This document shows, one piece after another, positions 37,899-48,392 of a stretch of DNA of 64,000 bases. A program made the translations under genes and the position numbers. The DNA is from Candidatus Levyibacteriota bacterium. GTDB taxonomy: Bacteria; Patescibacteriota; Microgenomatia; Levybacterales; UBA12049. Location: positions 376,012-440,011 of the forward strand of contig JAJDCG010000001.1 of the NCBI GenBank assembly GCA_029260965.1. The letters are read 5' to 3'. Numbering within the stretch: position 1 is the stretch's first letter; each line of letters starts with the position of its first letter. The notes beneath the pieces are model-generated. The model was not told the DNA's origin. It saw only the letters and a program-made list of their open reading frames with translations, and did not search any database.

Positions 37899-38659
37899 TG
37901 AATAAGTTGTCGGTTGTTATTATCGCAAAAAATGCAGAGACTGTGATCGCGGACAGTATCGAATCTGTGCGTGGTTTTGCATCAGAGGTCATAGTTATAG
38001 ATGATGGTTCGACTGATCATACAGTTGAGATCGCCAGGTTGTTGGAGGCAAAAATTTATGAACATAGAGAAAAAAGTTTTGCTGAAAAGCGTAATTTTGG
38101 TCTAAAAAAAGCCAAATATAAATGGATATTTTATATAGACGCAGATGAGAGAACCACACCTGATTTGGTAGAAAGTATCAAGAAGCAGGTATTGGGCACA
38201 AATAAGATTGAGTTCGCTGCATTTGCTGTAAAAAGGAAAAATTTTTATCTGGGAAAGCACGAATGGCCTCAGATTGAAACACACACCAGAGTGTTTGATA
38301 GAAAATTTTTGAAGAAATGGCAGGGCGATCTGCATGAAACTCCTGTAGTTGATGGAGCAATAGGACTGCTTGATGGGCTTCTTGTGCATTATACTCATCA
38401 GAGCTTGGAGGCAATGATAGAGAAAACAGTGGAGTGGTCGGAGGTAGAGGCAAAGCTTAGATTCAAGTCTGGGCATCCCCGAATGAGTAGTTGGCGTTTT
38501 TTACGAGTGATGATGACTGCTTTTTATGACTCATATTTTCGTCAAGCTGGATACAAAGCAGGAACTGCAGGTTTGATAGAAAGTATTTATCAGTCATATA
38601 GCATGTTTATTACGTATGCGAGGCTTTGGGAGATGCAAGAAAAAAAATTTTCTAAATAA
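37898..38659 (+). CDS. GT2 glycosyltransferase (LPS-core-type)
   Basis: LSVVIIAKNAE, VIVIDDGSTDHT, IDADER. TAATG overlap with the upstream gene. Confidence 0.8.
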   Translation: MNKLSVVIIAKNAETVIADSIESVRGFASEVIVIDDGSTDHTVEIARLLEAKIYEHREKSFAEKRNFGLKKAKYKWIFYIDADERTTPDLVESIKKQVLGTNKIEFAAFAVKRKNFYLGKHEWPQIETHTRVFDRKFLKKWQGDLHETPVVDGAIGLLDGLLVHYTHQSLEAMIEKTVEWSEVEAKLRFKSGHPRMSSWRFLRVMMTAFYDSYFRQAGYKAGTAGLIESIYQSYSMFITYARLWEMQEKKFSK

Positions 38660-38908
38660 TTATTTTTTGATAAAGGTGGTCTGGAACCAATGCTTTATTT
38701 CTTTTATAGTCATTTTTTTCTTGGCAAACCTGAAAAGATATATGATGTCCAGAAGTCCCAGTGTATTTAAAAGGAGAAGAGCAATAAACCAATTTCGCTG
38801 AGAAAATTTTGCAGAGCGCCACATCGAGAGACCTTTCCAGATTAGGGTCCACACGAAAAATAAATAAACAATCAATGTTTCTGATTGAGAAAATCCTTCA
38901 AAATTCAT
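38660..38908 (-). CDS. small 2-TM membrane protein (hypothetical), only opposite-strand ORF inside the locus
   Basis: 82 aa with two hydrophobic helices. No recognisable motif. Confidence 0.3.
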   Translation of the reverse strand: MNFEGFSQSETLIVYLFFVWTLIWKGLSMWRSAKFSQRNWFIALLLLNTLGLLDIIYLFRFAKKKMTIKEIKHWFQTTFIKK

Positions 38909-38979
38909 AATTCTTCAATAACTATAGCATTTATGATGATAGACATGCAAGAAGCTCCAAAAATTGGTAGAATTAAATT

Positions 38980-40038
38980 ATGAGGGTTGGAATATATAGT
39001 CCTTATCTTGAAACACTCGGGGGCGGGGAAAAGTATGCACTAGATATAGCAGACATGCTCCAAAATAAAGCTAGAGTAGATGTATTCTGGGATGATAAAG
39101 AAATTCTGTCATTGGCTGAAAAGAAATTTGGATTTCATTTAGTAAATGTTAGAACTACCAGTAATATTTTTGACCCTTCGATTTCTTTGTTGAAAAAAAT
39201 TTCTAAAATGAGAAAATATGATTTGATTTTTTTCTTTAGCGACGGGAGTATACCAGTTCTTACTGCCAAAAAAAACATCCTTGTTTTACAATTTCCAGTT
39301 AATTGGGCAAAAACTAAAAGTTTGGTAAATCAGTTAAAGCTTTTCAATATTCATAGCATCCTCTGTTATAGCTTCTTTGTTAAAAAACATCTTGAGAAAT
39401 TATTTAATAAAAAGATTTACGTATTACCTCCTGCTGTAAGTCCCATTGATAGTATTGGAGTAGAAAAAGAAAATATTATTCTCACTGTCGGGCGCTTCAC
39501 TCGTGGTATGAATACAAAAAAACAAGGTTTATTGGTTGATATTTTCAAAAACATGGTTGATAGCGGACTTAAAGGATGGAAATTTGTTGCAGTAGGATCC
39601 TATTTACCTGACGATTTAGCTTTTGTTGAGGATTTGATTGAAGGATCTGTTAACTATCCGATTGAAATAAAAGCAAATGCTTCATATAAAGAGCTTCAAA
39701 GTATGTATAAAAAATCAAAAATATATTGGCATGGTGCTGGGTTTGGTGAGGATCTCGAGCGGCATCCTGAGCTGGCCGAGCATTTCGGTATTACAACTGT
39801 TGAGGCAATGAGTGCAGGATGTATCCCGCTTGTTTTCAGAGGCGGGGGTCAAAAAGAAATAGTAGGTGATGGAATCAACGGATACGCATGGGAAACAGAG
39901 GGGGAATTAATTGAAAAAACCCAAAAAGTCATAAATGATGAGGTTTTGATAAATGAGATAGTAGAAAAGTCAAAAAAAAGATCTATAGATTTTGCGCCAG
40001 GTAAATTTAGAAAAAAATTACAAGAAATTATCCTATGA
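38980..40038 (+). CDS. GT4 glycosyltransferase (GT-B fold)
   Basis: EHFGITTVEAMSAGCIPLVFRGGGQKEIV matches the GT4 E-x7-E motif. Confidence 0.8.
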   Translation: MRVGIYSPYLETLGGGEKYALDIADMLQNKARVDVFWDDKEILSLAEKKFGFHLVNVRTTSNIFDPSISLLKKISKMRKYDLIFFFSDGSIPVLTAKKNILVLQFPVNWAKTKSLVNQLKLFNIHSILCYSFFVKKHLEKLFNKKIYVLPPAVSPIDSIGVEKENIILTVGRFTRGMNTKKQGLLVDIFKNMVDSGLKGWKFVAVGSYLPDDLAFVEDLIEGSVNYPIEIKANASYKELQSMYKKSKIYWHGAGFGEDLERHPELAEHFGITTVEAMSAGCIPLVFRGGGQKEIVGDGINGYAWETEGELIEKTQKVINDEVLINEIVEKSKKRSIDFAPGKFRKKLQEIIL

Positions 40039-42326
40039 AGAAATTTTTACCTTATGTTGCAATTTCTATAATTGTTGCAGTATTATTTTTTCCAGTTCTT
40101 TTTCAGGAAAAGTATCCAGTCCCCGCTGATAGTATTGCAGCACTATATCATCCTTATCGTGATTTTTTTATAGAGGAATTCCCACAGGGATATCCATTCA
40201 AAAATTTTCTTATTACTGATCCACTCCGTCAACAATATTCCTGGCGAGAAATATCAGTTGATGCATTTAGAAGTTTTAAGTTGCCTTTGTGGAACCCTTA
40301 TAATGGTACTGGTGAGCCACTGCTTGCCAATATTCAGGCAGGGGCATTGTATCCTCTGAATTTATTATTTTTCGTTTTTCCATTTCAGATCTCATGGTCA
40401 ATTCTCATAATGCTGCAGCCTTTATTGGCTGGCATATTTCTTTATTTATATCTGGTAAACTTAAAGCTCTCCCCAAAAGCATCACTTATCGGATCAATCG
40501 CATTTGCATTTTCTGGGTTCAACACAACTTGGCTTGAGTGGGGGACAATAGTCCATACGGGATTATGGTTGCCAATTATTCTTTTGTCTATTGACAAGCT
40601 AATTTTGTGTACTGATAGGAAGGCATCAAGCATTAAAGATAAGAGCATGTGGTTTTGGGGCATCATTCTTGTATTTTCTTTTTCTTCTTCACTTTTTGCA
40701 GGACATCTCCAAACATTTTTCTATCTCTTTGTTTTTGCTCAGATTTACTTTCTAGCACGTTGGATTACAAAAGGTAAAAATAAAAAAATGTTTATTACAT
40801 ATATAATGCTTAATACTTTTTTTTTAATACTCACCTCTGTTCAGTGGATTCCGACACTTATACTTATATTAAATTCGGCAAGAGGTATTGATCAGCTTTG
40901 GCAAAAAGAAGGGTGGTTTTTGCCTTTTGAACACTTGGTCCAATTTGTGGCACCTGATTTTTTTGGTAATCCGAGCACCCAAAATTATTGGGGAACATGG
41001 AACTATGGAGAGTTGACAGGGTACATAGGGCTATTGCCACTGTTGTTGGCGTTTGTTGCTATTTTTTGCAGGAGAGATAAAAAAACTTTATTTTTTGGTG
41101 GCGCTGTTTTGGTATCTTTTATTATGGCAATACCCAATTTTATTTCTAAAATACCCTTTGTCTATCAGATTCCATTTATATCAACAGCACAGCCGACACG
41201 GCTTATATTTGTGATAGGTTTTTCACTTAGTGTACTTGCTGCTCTCGGATTTGATTATTTTGAAAAAAGAAAAAAATCTGTATTTTTGCCATTCTTATTC
41301 TTATTTATTATTTTTATCTTTCTTTGGATAATCGCTTTAGGAGGGTTATCGTATTTTGACATAAGTCAGGAGAGCTTAAATATTATTAAAAGCAATTTAA
41401 GACTTCCCTCGTTACTTTTATTAGCATCAGTGGTGCTTGTGGGCTCATATTCTCTTTTTACAAAAAACAAAAAGATAATTGCTCTGGTTTATGTCGGTCT
41501 GTTTCTACTTATTTCGTTTGATCTGTTAAGATTTTCATCAAAATTTAATTCATTTTCAGAAAAAAGACTTTTGTTTCCAGAGACTAAGACAGTTAAATTT
41601 TTGCAAGAAAAATCCAGAGATTACCCATGGCGTTTTTTAGCAGTTGATTATGTTGAAAATCAAAAAAGAATTTTTGCGCCCAACTTATCAAGCCATCACG
41701 GACTTTACACCCTTGATACTTACAATCCCCTTATTCTCAGACGTTATCAGGAATTTGCTGCAGTATCTGAGTGGGGCTTCACAGATATCCCTGATTTTTC
41801 ATTTAACAGAAGCATAATGCTCAATAATTATGAATCTCCTCTTATTGATTTTATGGGAGTAAAATATATAGCATCAATTATTGATATTGATTCCGAGTCA
41901 CTAAAATTCTTGTTTAGTGAAGGCGAGACAAGAGTCTATGAAAATCTGGAAGTATATGATCGTGCGTTTATGGTTTATGATTTTGTAGTATTGAGTGATA
42001 AAAAAGAGCTTGCAAAAAAAATCTATGATCCCACGACAAACCTTGGCATTACTGCTGTTGTGGAGGAGGCCCTACCAGTTGGTATCGAGAATGTTGGTGA
42101 GACAATGTCTGCTGTTGAAATCGTTGATTATCAATCAGAAAAAATTGAAATAACTGTTGATACTAAAAATGCGGGCATGCTTGTTCTAACGGATGCATAT
42201 TATCCAACATGGAAAGTTTTTGTTGATGGACAAGAGAAAAAAATTTACAGAGTAGACTATAATTTTAGGGGAGTTATAGTGCCATCGGGAAAGCATAAAG
42301 TGATATTCAGGAATTCCCTGTTATAA
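40035..42326 (+). CDS. YfhO-like polytopic membrane glycosyltransferase (GT-C)
   Basis: 763 aa with about 14 TM segments. N-terminal region YHPYRDF...LWNPYNGTGEPLLANIQAGALYPLN resembles the YfhO signature. C-terminal beta-rich domain. Confidence 0.5.
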   Translation: MKKFLPYVAISIIVAVLFFPVLFQEKYPVPADSIAALYHPYRDFFIEEFPQGYPFKNFLITDPLRQQYSWREISVDAFRSFKLPLWNPYNGTGEPLLANIQAGALYPLNLLFFVFPFQISWSILIMLQPLLAGIFLYLYLVNLKLSPKASLIGSIAFAFSGFNTTWLEWGTIVHTGLWLPIILLSIDKLILCTDRKASSIKDKSMWFWGIILVFSFSSSLFAGHLQTFFYLFVFAQIYFLARWITKGKNKKMFITYIMLNTFFLILTSVQWIPTLILILNSARGIDQLWQKEGWFLPFEHLVQFVAPDFFGNPSTQNYWGTWNYGELTGYIGLLPLLLAFVAIFCRRDKKTLFFGGAVLVSFIMAIPNFISKIPFVYQIPFISTAQPTRLIFVIGFSLSVLAALGFDYFEKRKKSVFLPFLFLFIIFIFLWIIALGGLSYFDISQESLNIIKSNLRLPSLLLLASVVLVGSYSLFTKNKKIIALVYVGLFLLISFDLLRFSSKFNSFSEKRLLFPETKTVKFLQEKSRDYPWRFLAVDYVENQKRIFAPNLSSHHGLYTLDTYNPLILRRYQEFAAVSEWGFTDIPDFSFNRSIMLNNYESPLIDFMGVKYIASIIDIDSESLKFLFSEGETRVYENLEVYDRAFMVYDFVVLSDKKELAKKIYDPTTNLGITAVVEEALPVGIENVGETMSAVEIVDYQSEKIEITVDTKNAGMLVLTDAYYPTWKVFVDGQEKKIYRVDYNFRGVIVPSGKHKVIFRNSLL

Positions 42327-42338
42327 TTATTAGAGCAT

Positions 42339-43292
42339 ATGAATATAAGTATTATTATACCCAACTACAATGGGGAGGAATTGTTGAAAAAAAATCTACC
42401 AAAAGTACTCAGTGCAGCAAGGAATTATAAAAATGGAAGTGTTGAAATAATAATTCCCGATGACCCATCAACAGATGATTCTGCAAAGATAATAGATAAT
42501 TTTATAAAAAATATAAAAGATAAAAATGTAAAAGGAATGACTATTAAAAATTCCAATAAAAGTCATGCAGGATTTTCTCATAATGTTAACCGAGGCGTGA
42601 TTCATTCAACTGGAGAAATAATAATATTATTGAATACCGATGTGGCTCCTAGAGAAGATTTTCTTGATCCACTGATTTCTCATTTTGAGGATGAGAGTGT
42701 TTTTGCTGTCGGATGCATGGATGAAAGTGTAGAAAATGGGAAAACTGTGCTGAAGGGACGAGGGATTGGGAAATTCGAAAGAGGATTCCTTATTCACAGT
42801 AAGGGTGGGATTCATAAAGTAAATACGCTTTGGGTTTCAGGTGGGAGTGGTGCATTTAGGAGAGCAACATGGGACAAGTTGGGTGGGCTAGATACTTTGT
42901 ATGACCCTTTTTATTGGGAAGACATTGATATATCATATCGTGCTCTTAAATCAGGATTCAAAGTTTTTTTTGAGCCAAGAAGTGTAGTCAGGCATGAGCA
43001 CGAAAAAGGTATAGTCAAAAGGGATTATGAGGAGTCATACGTTAAAAGAATTGCCTATAGGAATCAGTTTATTTTTGTTTGGAAAAATATAACAGATCGA
43101 AAAATGATCAACTCTCATTTTTTGCATCTTCCCTATCATTTGTTAAAATCAATAAAAGATCTGGATTTTGCTTTTTGGTCAGGATTTTTTATGGCATTAT
43201 CTGAAATAAAAAAGATAGAAAACCAGCGACGTGAAATAAAAAAATTATTTGTTAGAACAGATAGTTCTATTCTCAGGGATTACAAAGATTGA
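42339..43292 (+). CDS. GT2 glycosyltransferase
   Basis: ISIIIPNYNGEELL, IIPDD, LNTDVAP, WEDIDIS. Confidence 0.8.
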   Translation: MNISIIIPNYNGEELLKKNLPKVLSAARNYKNGSVEIIIPDDPSTDDSAKIIDNFIKNIKDKNVKGMTIKNSNKSHAGFSHNVNRGVIHSTGEIIILLNTDVAPREDFLDPLISHFEDESVFAVGCMDESVENGKTVLKGRGIGKFERGFLIHSKGGIHKVNTLWVSGGSGAFRRATWDKLGGLDTLYDPFYWEDIDISYRALKSGFKVFFEPRSVVRHEHEKGIVKRDYEESYVKRIAYRNQFIFVWKNITDRKMINSHFLHLPYHLLKSIKDLDFAFWSGFFMALSEIKKIENQRREIKKLFVRTDSSILRDYKD

Positions 43293-43299
43293 TTAATAA

Positions 43300-44958
43300 A
43301 TGATTAGACAGTTATCAAAAATAAACATTCTCTTATTATTCATAATAATTATTGCTTCATATCTCCGCTTTTTTCAGCTTGATATAAATCCTCCCTCTCT
43401 TACATGGGATGAGGCAGCATGGGGGTACAATGCATACTCACTCGGTATTGATGGGCGTGATGAATTCGGGCGCTTTTTGCCCATAGATTATCTAGAGTCG
43501 TTTGGAGATTTCAAGCCACCTATGTATGCGTATTTGGCAGTTCCGGCAGTAAAAATTTTTGGACTAAATGAATTTGCAACTCGTTTTCCATCAGCTTTTT
43601 TTGGCGTGCTTACGGTTTTCTTGACCTATTTTTTAGTAAAAAAGATTTTTCCTGGTCGTGAGTCTATTGCACTGTTTGCTACATTTTTACTTAGTATCTC
43701 ACCTTGGCACATACTTCTTTCACGAGCAGCATTTGAAGCGAATGTGGCAACCTTTTTTATAGTGTTGGGTGTTTTTACTTTTATCAAAGGAGTCAGGGAA
43801 AAGCCATGGCTTCTTATTTTGTCAGCGATTTCTTTTGTTTTTTCAATTTATACTTTTAATACAGCTCGTGTAGTTGCACCGCTTTTGGTTTTGGTTTTGA
43901 CAGTCGGATACAGGAGGAGGCTCTGGGATATTAAAAAGGAGTTTATCTCAGCAGGTGTTGTAGGTTTTTTGATTCTCTTACCCATTATTCCCTTTCTCCT
44001 TTCTCCCCAGGCAAGTCTTAGATTCAAAGAAGTAAATATTTTTTCTGATCTGAGTGTTATTGAGCGTTCTAATCAGGAGGTATTAAATGACAATAGTCTT
44101 TTTTATTCAAAAATAATTCACAATAGAAGGTTTTATTACGGAATAGAAGTTCTTAAACATTATTTTGATAATCTATCATTTGATTTTCTTTTTATATCAG
44201 GCGACGAGAATCCTAAATTTTCAACAAAAAACACAGGACAAATGTATTTATGGGAATTACCCTTTTTTATAGCTGGATTGCTTTTTCTTTTTAGAAAGCG
44301 TGAAGGGAGTTGGTGGATCGTTCCCTGGTGGCTTTTGGTGGGATTAATTCCTGCGTCTTTGGCGCGCGAGACACCTCATGCACTCAGAACGGAGATTGTT
44401 CTTCCGGTTTTTCAAATTTTGTCTGCAATAGGTGTTTTTACATTCTTGAATTTTTTGAATAATAAAAAAAGTTTTTCTACGAAGCTTGTTAACTCAATTA
44501 TTTTGATTATGTCAGTATTGCTTTTTATAAATGTATCTTATTTTCTACATGGATATTTTTTCCATTATCCTCGTGAGACATCAAGAGAATGGCAATGTGG
44601 ATATGAGGAGTCAATTGCTTACGTAAATGCTGTTTCAGGTCTTTATGATGAAGTAAGGGTTACTCGGCAATTTGGACGACCTTATATTTATTATTTATTC
44701 TATCTGAAATATGATCCTAGAAATTTTAGACGAGAAGCAGTGATTGATAGGGATGTTTTTGGTTTCGTAAAAATAAAAAGTTTTGATAAATATTATTTTG
44801 GTGATTCAGAAATAAATGTAGAGCCAGGTGATGATAAAAAAGTATTGGTGATAGAAACGCCAGAAAGGATACCAGAAAACAATATCAAAAAGCTTGAGGA
44901 GTTCAAACTGTTAAACGGCGATGGGGCATTTGATGCATATACATGGAGTAACTTATGA
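43300..44958 (+). CDS. GT-C membrane glycosyltransferase, PMT_2-like paralog 2
   Basis: TWDEAAWGYNAYSLGIDGRDEFGRFLPIDYLESFGDFKPPMYAY, FGLNEFATRFPSAFFGVL, RETPHALRT. Confidence 0.65.
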   Translation: MIRQLSKINILLLFIIIIASYLRFFQLDINPPSLTWDEAAWGYNAYSLGIDGRDEFGRFLPIDYLESFGDFKPPMYAYLAVPAVKIFGLNEFATRFPSAFFGVLTVFLTYFLVKKIFPGRESIALFATFLLSISPWHILLSRAAFEANVATFFIVLGVFTFIKGVREKPWLLILSAISFVFSIYTFNTARVVAPLLVLVLTVGYRRRLWDIKKEFISAGVVGFLILLPIIPFLLSPQASLRFKEVNIFSDLSVIERSNQEVLNDNSLFYSKIIHNRRFYYGIEVLKHYFDNLSFDFLFISGDENPKFSTKNTGQMYLWELPFFIAGLLFLFRKREGSWWIVPWWLLVGLIPASLARETPHALRTEIVLPVFQILSAIGVFTFLNFLNNKKSFSTKLVNSIILIMSVLLFINVSYFLHGYFFHYPRETSREWQCGYEESIAYVNAVSGLYDEVRVTRQFGRPYIYYLFYLKYDPRNFRREAVIDRDVFGFVKIKSFDKYYFGDSEINVEPGDDKKVLVIETPERIPENNIKKLEEFKLLNGDGAFDAYTWSNL

Positions 44959-46643
44959 AAAAAAACTTATTTCTTTTTTTAATAATTTTTTTAGCAACTT
45001 TGTTGCGATTTTATAATTTGGGAAGCACACCTGTATCGCTTGACTGGGATGAAGCAGCTCTGGGTTATAATGCATACTCAATAGCTGAGACTGGCAGGGA
45101 TGAGTATGGAGAATTTATGCCAGTAGTTTTAAAATCTTTTGGCGATTATAAACCAGCGCTTTATGCTTATCTTTCAGTTCCTGCAGTTAAAATATTTGGT
45201 TTAACTCCTTTTGCCGTACGAACGCCTTCTGCTTTATTTGGTGTTCTGACTGTTCTAGCGACTTATTTTTTAACAAAGGAGCTCTTTATCGGTACGAGAT
45301 CTTCTAAGCTAAAAAAGCTTATTGATCCTGAGTCTATTGCGCTTCTTGCTTCTTTTCTTCTCGCAATAAGCCCATGGCATATTCAGTTTTCGCGCACTGG
45401 TTTTGAGGCAAACGTGGCTCTTGCTCTTAATATATTTACAGCTCTCTTTTTTCTAAAGGGTCTCAAGAAACCATATTTTCTCATTGTCTCAGCAGTATTT
45501 GCTGCTTTTTCTATTTATTCATATCAAAGTGAGAAGGTTTTTGTCCCGCTTTTTGTTTTAGCGCTTATATTTATTTATAGAAAAAATTTATTCAGTTTTC
45601 CCAAAAAATATATCACACTGACAGCCGTTGTTGGAATTATTGTTATATTGCCAATGGTCAGTTATATTTTGAAAAATGATCAAGCGCTTTCTCGCGCGAG
45701 GGGATCACTTGTTTTTTCAAATGAAACAAAGCATCTTGAAGAAAATCAGAATAGAATTAGAATTGATAAAGAGAGATCAGATATCGTAGGTCTTGTTTTT
45801 GACAACAGAAGGATTTTGTATGTTAAATCAGCAATTGGCGGATATTTGTCGCATTTTGACATAAATTGGCTTTTTATCTCAGGAGATAGTGCCAGACATC
45901 ATGCACCTGGAATGGGAATTATGTATCTGTGGGAGTTACCATTCTTGCTGGTTGGAATATATGTACTTGTTTTTAACAAATTTTTTATTAAGGAAAATAA
46001 AAATGGAACAATATTTATTTTTGCATGGTTATTGATGGCTCCAATCCCTGCGGCATTTACAACAGATGTGCCTCATGCTGTTAGAACGCTTAATTTTCTA
46101 CCTACTTTCCAGATTTTTACCGCAGTAGGTTTGTTGATCGGAATCAGCAAAATATTAAGTATTAAATATAAAATATTAAGCATTAGAGTTTCCTTTCTTT
46201 TGCTTTTTGCTTATTGTTTATTTATTATTTTTAACTTTGCTTATTATCTTAACCAATATTTCGTGCAGCAGGATTATTTTTATTCAAAGTACTGGCAGTA
46301 TGGTCATAAAGAAACGATCGAATTTGTAGAAAAAGAAGCGGGTAATTACAATAAGGTAGTTGTTAGTAATGAAGATTTTCTAGACCAATCATATATATTT
46401 TATCTTTTTTATACAAAATATCCACCTCAGAAGTATCAAGAAGAGGTGGAATTACCCGCAAATACAAAGGGCAAAAACCGAGCATTTGGGATATATGAGC
46501 ATAGACCAATCAGGTGGGATAAGGAAGATAAAAATGCTGACATTCTATATGTTGGTAGACCAAGAGATGTAAAAAAAGATGCCCGTGTCCTAAAAATAAT
46601 TAACTATTTAGATGGGGAAGAGGCAATTATAATTTTTGATTAA
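44955..46643 (+). CDS. GT-C membrane glycosyltransferase, PMT_2-like paralog 3
   Basis: DWDEAALGYNAYSIAETGRDEYGEFMPVVLKSFGDYKPALYAY. FGLTPFAVRTPSALFGVL is near-identical to the block in paralog 1. ATGA start/stop overlap with paralog 2. Confidence 0.65.
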   Translation: MKKNLFLFLIIFLATLLRFYNLGSTPVSLDWDEAALGYNAYSIAETGRDEYGEFMPVVLKSFGDYKPALYAYLSVPAVKIFGLTPFAVRTPSALFGVLTVLATYFLTKELFIGTRSSKLKKLIDPESIALLASFLLAISPWHIQFSRTGFEANVALALNIFTALFFLKGLKKPYFLIVSAVFAAFSIYSYQSEKVFVPLFVLALIFIYRKNLFSFPKKYITLTAVVGIIVILPMVSYILKNDQALSRARGSLVFSNETKHLEENQNRIRIDKERSDIVGLVFDNRRILYVKSAIGGYLSHFDINWLFISGDSARHHAPGMGIMYLWELPFLLVGIYVLVFNKFFIKENKNGTIFIFAWLLMAPIPAAFTTDVPHAVRTLNFLPTFQIFTAVGLLIGISKILSIKYKILSIRVSFLLLFAYCLFIIFNFAYYLNQYFVQQDYFYSKYWQYGHKETIEFVEKEAGNYNKVVVSNEDFLDQSYIFYLFYTKYPPQKYQEEVELPANTKGKNRAFGIYEHRPIRWDKEDKNADILYVGRPRDVKKDARVLKIINYLDGEEAIIIFD

Positions 46644-48392
46644 ATGCTAAATATAAAAAAAATACTTAAACAAAATTATTTTTTAATAGGTCTTATACTT
46701 ATTATTTCTTCTTTTCATTTTTTATGGCTTGATCGAGTGCCACCTGGAATGTCTCATGATGAGGTTGTGTACTCTTTGAGCAGCAAGACTTTCAATTTGC
46801 AAGGAACTGATATAACAGGAACTGGTTTTCCAATTGGTTTGTTCAAAACGGAAACAGAAGGAAATATAAGCATCCTTCCTCTTATGCTTTTATCTCCCGT
46901 GCATTTTTTCCTTGAGCAAACTCAACAAAGCGCAAGGTTTCCATACGTTATTTTTATACATTTGAGCGCGTTGGCGATTTTTGTGATCGCTAAAAATCTC
47001 TTTGAAAATGAAAAGATAGGAATTATTGCCTTTTTACTGTTTCTTTTGGCACCCTGGAGTTTTTTCCTTGCTCGTTTTGCTGCTGAACCACCGATAGCCT
47101 TGGTATTTTATCTCTGGGCAATTGCAACGCTCTTTATGTTTAGGGGTAAAAAACTTTTATTGCCTTTTTTTCTTTTTGTTTTGGCATTTTTTTCTTACCA
47201 TGGAGGCAAGGTGCTCTTTCTTCCACTCGTTGTGGCCTGTTTAGGCTATTTTATTTACCAAAACAGATTAAGCAAAAAAGAGGCACTAGTTTTTTTCTTG
47301 GGAACAGTTTTTGTATTTGTCTCGTTTTTTACTACATCACTTAGTCTTCCTGGGGGAATAGTTGGGGAGCGGAAAAATGAGATTTTCTTTTTAAATCAAG
47401 AACTTTTGACAAAAGAAGTTAATGCAAAAAGGAAAATAGTTCTGGAAAATCCTTTTACACCCATATTTGTAAATAAAGCTACAATAGCAGGAGCTATTTT
47501 CTTTCAGAAATATTCGACAGCTTTTTCACCCAGAGTATTATTTTTGGAGGGCGATACTAGACTGGTTTATTCTTTTTTTTATCATGGCCTTTTATATGTA
47601 TTTGATGTTATTTTTATTTTGGTAGGGATAGTTTGTTTGTTTTTAAAGCAAAAAAAACCTGTTGTATTTTTCTTGCTTACATTACTACTGATTGCGCCAC
47701 TTCCTGCTGCAGTTAATGGGATAGAGAATTCATATATTAACCGTTCCAGTTTTTTGCTCCCCGTTCTTATGATTATATCTGCGTATGGTGTTTATAATAT
47801 ATTTATTATTGCCACAGAAAAGTTTTCAAAAATTTTGGTGATGGTCGCTTTGATTGCAGGACCAGGCATTTTCGTTTTTAACTTTTTGTTTTTCTATTTT
47901 TTCCAGTATCCTGTTGCTGTTGCGGATTATTATTCACTTGGTGAGAAGACGGCAGCATATTTTATAAAACATTCATGGGATGGAGAACAGGATATAGAGG
48001 TTGTAAAAAACGAGCCCGGCAATCTGTATCTTGAGACTGTTTTCTTTTTTCAAGATGAAAAGATTACAAATACTTTTCTTCAAAATATGGACGAGTTCAG
48101 AAATAATGTCTATAAACTTCCCAGAGTTACATTTGAGGGGGATTGTCCAACAGAATTTGATAAAGAAACAGTATATATTATCCAGGATGTAAAGGTGTGT
48201 GAGCTACCTTTTGCCAAAAGTTATACACTCAAAAGTCCTAGAGATGGTGGGGGTGTTTACACTATTTATAATTCAAGTTTATGTAAAGATTATCAGATTC
48301 AAAGCTGGCTTAGATATCATTACTCCAAGGATTTTGATATGGAGTCTATGGATACAAGAACATTTTGTGAGAGGTGGGTGTCTGGCGTATGA
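46644..48392 (+). CDS. GT-C membrane glycosyltransferase, divergent PMT_2/ArnT-like
   Basis: First loop SHDEVVYSLSSKTF...GTGFP carries the DE motif. About 11 TM segments plus a C-terminal soluble domain. Confidence 0.5.
   Translation: MLNIKKILKQNYFLIGLILIISSFHFLWLDRVPPGMSHDEVVYSLSSKTFNLQGTDITGTGFPIGLFKTETEGNISILPLMLLSPVHFFLEQTQQSARFPYVIFIHLSALAIFVIAKNLFENEKIGIIAFLLFLLAPWSFFLARFAAEPPIALVFYLWAIATLFMFRGKKLLLPFFLFVLAFFSYHGGKVLFLPLVVACLGYFIYQNRLSKKEALVFFLGTVFVFVSFFTTSLSLPGGIVGERKNEIFFLNQELLTKEVNAKRKIVLENPFTPIFVNKATIAGAIFFQKYSTAFSPRVLFLEGDTRLVYSFFYHGLLYVFDVIFILVGIVCLFLKQKKPVVFFLLTLLLIAPLPAAVNGIENSYINRSSFLLPVLMIISAYGVYNIFIIATEKFSKILVMVALIAGPGIFVFNFLFFYFFQYPVAVADYYSLGEKTAAYFIKHSWDGEQDIEVVKNEPGNLYLETVFFFQDEKITNTFLQNMDEFRNNVYKLPRVTFEGDCPTEFDKETVYIIQDVKVCELPFAKSYTLKSPRDGGGVYTIYNSSLCKDYQIQSWLRYHYSKDFDMESMDTRTFCERWVSGV

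Noticed and set aside
38102-38476. Two overlapping - strand ORFs (124 and 91 aa) inside the GT2 gene at 37898-38659.
   Set aside because: Antisense to a GT2 with a clear DDGSTD motif. Shadow ORFs.
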